A DNA stretch of 20,000 nt from an uncultured virus (IMG/VR IMGVR_UViG_2850972752_000004). Taxonomy: Duplodnaviria; Heunggongvirae; Uroviricota; Caudoviricetes. The stretch lies in IMG/VR virus record IMGVR_UViG_2850972752_000004. One strand, given 5' to 3'. The position numbers were made by a program, and so were the translations under genes. Shown piece after piece: positions 15,645 through 20,000 of this stretch (the stretch's first letter is position 1; each line of letters begins with the position of its first letter). Below the pieces are notes generated by a model. The model ran no database searches. It worked only from the letters and a program-made list of their open reading frames with translations, and was not told the origin of the DNA.

Positions 15645-16071
15645 GCCACTTTTCAACGAACTGCTGGAAAGCGTGAAGCAGGCGGACCAGATCATGACCG
15701 ACCACGCAAAGCTGCGGAGGCTGGCTGAAGAAGTGATCCGAATTGAGCGGAGCGAGGATGAGCCGATCTCCTCTGCTTGGGAATTATTCGATTCCGCCGC
15801 CAACCCCAAAGCCATCCTCGCCCTGCTGGACGAGATCGACGGGCTGAGCGACGAGTTATCCGCATGCACCGAGCATCCGGGCGGATGTGGGTATTGGCGC
15901 GAGGCCGCCAAGCGTAGAACTGAAGAACGCGATCAGTTCAAGGAGGAGAACGAAGCCCTGCGCGAGAGCCTGCAAGCGCTGATTCATATTTCAGACGCTA
16001 CAGGCTGGGAAGACCATACCTGCGGAGAGATAGCCAAGGCGCGAGCAGCCCTGGAAGGAGCCAAGCCATGA
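15637..16071 (+). CDS. Ead/Ea22-like protein
   Basis: KLRRLAEE...SAANPKAILALLDEID motif. Confidence 0.75.
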   Translation: MDEPLFNELLESVKQADQIMTDHAKLRRLAEEVIRIERSEDEPISSAWELFDSAANPKAILALLDEIDGLSDELSACTEHPGGCGYWREAAKRRTEERDQFKEENEALRESLQALIHISDATGWEDHTCGEIAKARAALEGAKP

Positions 16072-16397
16072 CCGATATCAACAAGTTGAAGGAATTGGCG
16101 GAGCGGTACATCGCCAATCCATCCGGAGCCGGCGGCGAAGACTCCGCATTCCGTGCCGCCGCCAATCCACAAGCCATTCTCAAGCTGATTGCCGAGGTTG
16201 AGCTGCTGAGCGCTCGGCTCAAGGCGGAGAACGTGGCGCTGCGCAAGATCATTAGCGAGTGCGCCACGGCCTGCGGCGCTGGATGCGCGCCAGAATGCAC
16301 GCTGGAGTTCATGAGCATGTTGCCTGGCGAGATCTCATCGGTAGTTAGCCGGCGCGCAGCCGCCGAGATCGGCAAGTCTATGGGAGGTGGGGAGTGA
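16068..16397 (+). CDS. Ead/Ea22-like protein
   Basis: MTDINKLKELAE...AAANPQAILKLIAEVE motif; AAGGAG RBS. Confidence 0.75.
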   Translation: MTDINKLKELAERYIANPSGAGGEDSAFRAAANPQAILKLIAEVELLSARLKAENVALRKIISECATACGAGCAPECTLEFMSMLPGEISSVVSRRAAAEIGKSMGGGE

Positions 16398-16591
16398 TGA
16401 AACGGGAGGAATTCGAGAAACGCATGGCCGGCGTATTCGACCTGTCTAGCTACGTCGATGACCAGGGCAACATTCGATATTTCGACAGCAACACACAGGC
16501 TGCTTGGGATGGATGGCGATGGGCGATGGTGGTTTTCCAGCCAATTGAAGCAGAACGGTATGGAGAGTTGAATGAGCGACGCACCCATTGA
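16394..16591 (+). CDS. Phage hypothetical protein
   Basis: GTGA overlap, GGAGGT RBS; TQAAWDGW motif. Confidence 0.65.
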   Translation: MMKREEFEKRMAGVFDLSSYVDDQGNIRYFDSNTQAAWDGWRWAMVVFQPIEAERYGELNERRTH

Positions 16592-17027
16592 ACCCCATGA
16601 ATACCTCTACGGCGTAAAGGTCGTCCAGATCGAGGACCTTCGAGTCGCCCGTGGATTGACCAGGCGCCCGGTTTCTTCATGCCGTCACAGGAAAATGGTC
16701 TACGACGACAAGGAGCGCCGCATCTGGTACAGCGACTGTGAAACGGAGGTCGAGCCGTTTGATGCCTTCATGCACCTGGTACAGGTATTCGACGGCGGCT
16801 TGAAGGACTTGAACAGGCGCCGCCGAGAGTTGCATGAGGCAGAGCAGTTTGCAATCCGCAGCCGTGCGGCCAAGGTGATCGACGAAGCGTGGCGCAGCAC
16901 GAAGATGGCTCCGCTTTGCCCACACTGCAATGAGGCGCTTCTCCCGGAAGACGTTGTAAAGGGAGTTGCCACGGCGTCCAAGCAACTGATCATCGCTCGC
17001 CGCAACAAGCAGAAACAACCGAAGTAG
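16572..17027 (+). CDS. Phage hypothetical protein, putative Zn-binding (CRH, CPHC)
   Basis: GGAG RBS, 151 aa. Confidence 0.8.
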   Translation: MSDAPIEPHEYLYGVKVVQIEDLRVARGLTRRPVSSCRHRKMVYDDKERRIWYSDCETEVEPFDAFMHLVQVFDGGLKDLNRRRRELHEAEQFAIRSRAAKVIDEAWRSTKMAPLCPHCNEALLPEDVVKGVATASKQLIIARRNKQKQPK

Positions 17028-17205
17028 CCCAGCCGAGCCCACTAGGGCCTCTTCCTGAGGCCCGCCCGGCTGGGCGTTCAAATCCTACCAGAAGGCCTGA
17101 CCGAGCAGTTAACCCCCATATTGCCCGATGCGGGCGCCCTGCCCGGCCAAGCCTCCACGAATTCTACCCGCCAACCCGATGCCGTTGATCGGCCAAGGTC
17201 TCGCT

Positions 17206-17520
17206 ATGTCTTTGATTTCAGTTGAGGCGGCCGCCGGCATTCTCGGCGTGAGCCGCAGGACCGCGTACCGCTACGCGGACGAAAAGCTGATCCCGGTGGT
17301 CAGGTTCAAAAAGACAATCCGGGTTCACAAGGAAAAGCTCGAACAGATGCTTGAAGAGGAAGCCGCTGCTAGCATGCGCGACGCGGTCGGCGTACCGGAG
17401 GAAGTATGCCGTACAAGAGAAACGACTCCGCCTACTGGTGGATCTCTTTCAAATCAGCAACAGGAAAGCTTGTTAGACGCTCTTCTGGAACTGCCGACTA
17501 CTCGGCGGCGAAAGCACTAG
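17206..17520 (+). CDS. xis: Excisionase-like HTH DNA-binding protein
   Basis: MSLISVEAAAGILGVSRRTAYRY..LIPVVRF..IRV winged-HTH pattern directly upstream of int. Confidence 0.8.
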   Translation: MSLISVEAAAGILGVSRRTAYRYADEKLIPVVRFKKTIRVHKEKLEQMLEEEAAASMRDAVGVPEEVCRTRETTPPTGGSLSNQQQESLLDALLELPTTRRRKH

Positions 17521-18515
17521 AGCAACAGGAGCGCGCGAAAGCGTGGAAGGAAAAGGAAATGGGCGTGAATCCGCCCAGGACCTTTGAGGAGGTGATCATT
17601 CCGTACCTGCAGCACGCTCGCCAGCATCAGCGCAGCTACGAAACGACCGTGCACCGCATAAAGCCGCTGCGCGAGTATTTTGCCGGACGCGTGGTCAACG
17701 ATCTAGGGGGCCAGGACATCCGGGGATATGGAGCGCATCGGTTGGATGCCGGCGCATCCCCGGCAACCATCAACCGAGAACTCGCCGCACTGTCCGCGGC
17801 GATCAACCACTGCAACACGGAACTGGAGTGGGCCCTTCCTAACCCAGTGAAGGGACGGAAGATGCGCGAGGCCGAAGGGCGTGATCGTTGGCTGACCAGG
17901 GCAGAGGTCGAGGCCCTGTGCCGAGCGGCGCGAGGGCAGAAGTTTGGCCCGATGCTGGAGGACTTCATTCGCCTGGCCGTCAACACAGGGTGCCGACGGG
18001 AGGAAATGCTTGGCTTGGAGTGGCGCAGGGTCGATTTCGCAAATCGACTGATCTACTTGGAGGCATCCCACACGAAGGCAGGCAAGCGCCGGAGCATCCC
18101 GATCAACGAAGGTGCGATGGCAGCACTAAAGCGACGAATGGCATTCAGGTCCGAGACCAGCCCGGAATGCCCCTGGGTCTTTGCGCGCGCTAACGGTGAT
18201 CGAGTGGTATCGCTTTCGGCCGGCTTCAAGCAGGCCTGCCAGGAAGCGAAGATTGCGGACTTTACGATTCACGACCTGCGCCACACCTGCGCGGCATGGC
18301 TGGTCAGCTCCGGCGTTCCGCTGGCGGATGTACGGGATCTGCTCGGACACTCGACAGTCGCGATGACTGAGCGATATGCCCACCTTGCTCCGGCCAGGGT
18401 AAGGGATGCGGTTGGGGTTCTTGATCAAGTCCGTGAAAGTCGAATTTCACGTTCTGTTCACGTTGATAATCCAGCGCATCTACATGGAGGGCCGCTGAAG
18501 CTCGTAAACACTTGA
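17406..18515 (+). CDS. int: Tyrosine recombinase (phage integrase)
   Basis: Catalytic R (TGCRREE), K (HTKAG), HDLRH, LLGH, Y (TERYAH); GGAGG RBS. Confidence 0.96.
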   Translation: MPYKRNDSAYWWISFKSATGKLVRRSSGTADYSAAKALEQQERAKAWKEKEMGVNPPRTFEEVIIPYLQHARQHQRSYETTVHRIKPLREYFAGRVVNDLGGQDIRGYGAHRLDAGASPATINRELAALSAAINHCNTELEWALPNPVKGRKMREAEGRDRWLTRAEVEALCRAARGQKFGPMLEDFIRLAVNTGCRREEMLGLEWRRVDFANRLIYLEASHTKAGKRRSIPINEGAMAALKRRMAFRSETSPECPWVFARANGDRVVSLSAGFKQACQEAKIADFTIHDLRHTCAAWLVSSGVPLADVRDLLGHSTVAMTERYAHLAPARVRDAVGVLDQVRESRISRSVHVDNPAHLHGGPLKLVNT

Positions 18516-18524
18516 TTTAGAAGG

Positions 18525-18609
18525 TGGTGCGGACGGAGAGACTCGAACTCTCACGCCTTGCGGCGCTGGAACCTAAATCCAGTGTGTCTACCAATTCCAC
18601 CACGTCCGC
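18525..18609 (-). tRNA. tRNA-Leu(TAG), probable integration target
   Basis: 85 nt; anticodon arm CTGGA-TTTAGGT-TCCAG; long variable arm; encoded CCA. Confidence 0.96.
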
Positions 18610-18627
18610 GGGACACTGCTTGGAAAT

Positions 18628-18653
18628 GAAAACGCCAGGCCTTGGGCCTGGCG
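18628..18653 (-). terminator. Terminator-like or processing hairpin between tRNA-His and tRNA-Leu
   Basis: CGCCAGGCC/GGCCTGGCG stem followed by TTTT on the minus strand. Confidence 0.4.
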
Positions 18654-18663
18654 CTTCGGAATA

Positions 18664-18740
18664 TGGGGTGGACGATGGGAATCGAACCCACGACACCAGG
18701 AGCCACAATCCTGTGCTCTACCAACTGAGCTACGCCCACC
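18664..18740 (-). tRNA. tRNA-His(GTG)
   Basis: Anticodon arm CAGGA-TTGTGGC-TCCTG; G-1; CCA. Confidence 0.96.
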
Positions 18741-18790
18741 ATATTACGACTTGCGGTAAAACATCGCCTGCTTCTTGCCGATTCGCCGAA

Positions 18791-18867
18791 TGGCGCACCC
18801 GGCAGGACTCGAACCTGCGACCATCCGCTTAGAAGGCGGATGCTCTATCCAGCTGAGCTACGGGCGC
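18791..18867 (-). tRNA. tRNA-Arg(TCT)
   Basis: Anticodon arm TCCGC-CTTCTAA-GCGGA; 77 nt; CCA. Confidence 0.96.
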
Positions 18868-18977
18868 TTTATTCATCTGCATTCAATGCTGAGCGCAAAC
18901 TTTAAGCTCTGGCAATCACAAAGTCAGCAACCGACTTGCATTACCTCTTACCCTGCGTCCGGCTGTGCTCGGCAAGC

Positions 18978-19032
18978 GGGGCGCATGTTATACAGGGGGC
19001 GAAAGGCCGTCAACGGGTTTTTTAAAAAAATT
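18978..19032 (-). promoter_or_regulatory. Sigma70 stable-RNA promoter of the tRNA operon
   Basis: TTGACG (19013-19008), 17 bp, TAACAT (18990-18985), GC-rich discriminator GCGCCCC, upstream A/T tract. Confidence 0.7.
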
Positions 19033-19145
19033 CAGTCATATAAAGGAGTTACGGCAAATCAGCGGGCCGCCTCCTTTGCCCCGGGCGGCGTCCGTGCGAA
19101 AATGCGTACCCTTTTTCCACCCGATTCGATGGTTACCCTTCCGAC

Positions 19146-20000
19146 ATGACCGCACAACTGATCGACGGCAAAGCGATCGCCGCCAACCTTCGCCAGCAGA
19201 TAGCCCAACGCGTGACCGAGCGCCGCCAGCAAGGCCTGCGCGTTCCCGGCCTGGCGGTGATCCTGGTGGGCACCGATCCGGCCTCTCAGGTCTATGTGGC
19301 GCACAAGCGCAAGGACTGCGAGGAAGTCGGCTTTCTTTCCCAGGCCTACGATCTTCCCGCCGATACCAGCCAGGACGAGCTGCTGGCACTGATCGACCGC
19401 CTGAACGACGACCCCGCCATCGACGGCATCCTGGTCCAATTGCCGCTGCCGGCCCACCTGGATGCCTCCCTGCTGCTGGAACGCATCCACCCGGACAAGG
19501 ACGTGGACGGCTTCCATCCCTACAACATCGGACGCCTGGCCCAGCGCATGCCGCTGCTGCGCCCCTGCACCCCGAAGGGCATCATGACCCTGCTCGCCAG
19601 CACCGGCGCCGACCTGTACGGCATGGACGCGGTGGTGGTCGGCGCCTCGAACATCGTCGGTCGGCCGATGGCCCTGGAACTGCTGCTGGGCGGCTGCACC
19701 GTCACCGTGACCCACCGCTTCACCCGCGATCTGGCGGCCCACGTGTCGCGCGCCGACCTGGTGGTGGTCGCCGCCGGCAAGCCGGGGCTGGTCAAGGGCG
19801 AGTGGATCAAGGAAGGCGCCATCGTCATCGACGTCGGCATCAACCGCCAGGCCGACGGCCGCCTGGTCGGCGACGTGGAGTACGACGTTGCGGCCCGGCG
19901 CGCCAGCTGGATCACCCCGGTTCCGGGCGGTGTCGGACCGATGACCCGCGCCTGCCTGTTGGAAAATACCCTGCACGCAGCCGAGCACCTGCACGACTGA
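19146..20000 (+). CDS. folD: Bifunctional methylenetetrahydrofolate dehydrogenase/cyclohydrolase
   Basis: [47 protein letters not shown]. Confidence 0.99.
   Translation: MTAQLIDGKAIAANLRQQIAQRVTERRQQGLRVPGLAVILVGTDPASQVYVAHKRKDCEEVGFLSQAYDLPADTSQDELLALIDRLNDDPAIDGILVQLPLPAHLDASLLLERIHPDKDVDGFHPYNIGRLAQRMPLLRPCTPKGIMTLLASTGADLYGMDAVVVGASNIVGRPMALELLLGGCTVTVTHRFTRDLAAHVSRADLVVVAAGKPGLVKGEWIKEGAIVIDVGINRQADGRLVGDVEYDVAARRASWITPVPGGVGPMTRACLLENTLHAAEHLHD

Larger units (their letters stand above)
1..18524 (+). mobile_element. Lambdoid prophage, early/recombination arm ending in xis-int at tRNA-Leu (other end outside window)
   Basis: Co-oriented, tightly coupled small ORFs; ERF, YqaJ, Lar, Ea22-like, xis and integrase genes; integrase stop at 18515 abuts tRNA-Leu 3' end at 18525. 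Confidence 0.95.

Noticed and set aside
18517..19149. ORFs overlapping the tRNA cluster
   Set aside because: Spurious translations of tRNA genes and promoter DNA
19059..19994. 311-aa minus-strand ORF
   Set aside because: GC3-bias antisense shadow of folD

Overview
Positions 1-~18524 are the end of a lambdoid prophage in a Pseudomonas genome (inferred, probably P. aeruginosa, from codon style and the folD/tRNA neighbourhood). It is one long + strand early (pL-type) operon of small accessory genes, an HNH-AP2 endonuclease, erf plus a YqaJ exonuclease, Lar- and Ea22-like genes, xis and a tyrosine integrase. The integrase ends 9 bp from the 3' CCA of tRNA-Leu(TAG). Host tRNA-His, tRNA-Arg and folD follow. 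A complete 2361-bp IS66 with an 8-bp target duplication splits erf. The most unusual item is a C5 DNA methyltransferase locus with two ~310-codon ORFs overprinted on the same strand. One carries motifs I, IV, VI, VIII and X. The other carries a motif IX-like segment and three tandem PTP modules, as in the M.EcoHK31I-type heterodimer and possibly multispecific. Also notable: a 22 x 27-bp coding repeat varying at one dipeptide, an HNH gene that may have taken over the erf start, duplicated RBS cassette boundaries, repeated structured leaders and several unannotated single-TM micropeptides. All family calls are by eye; no database search was run.
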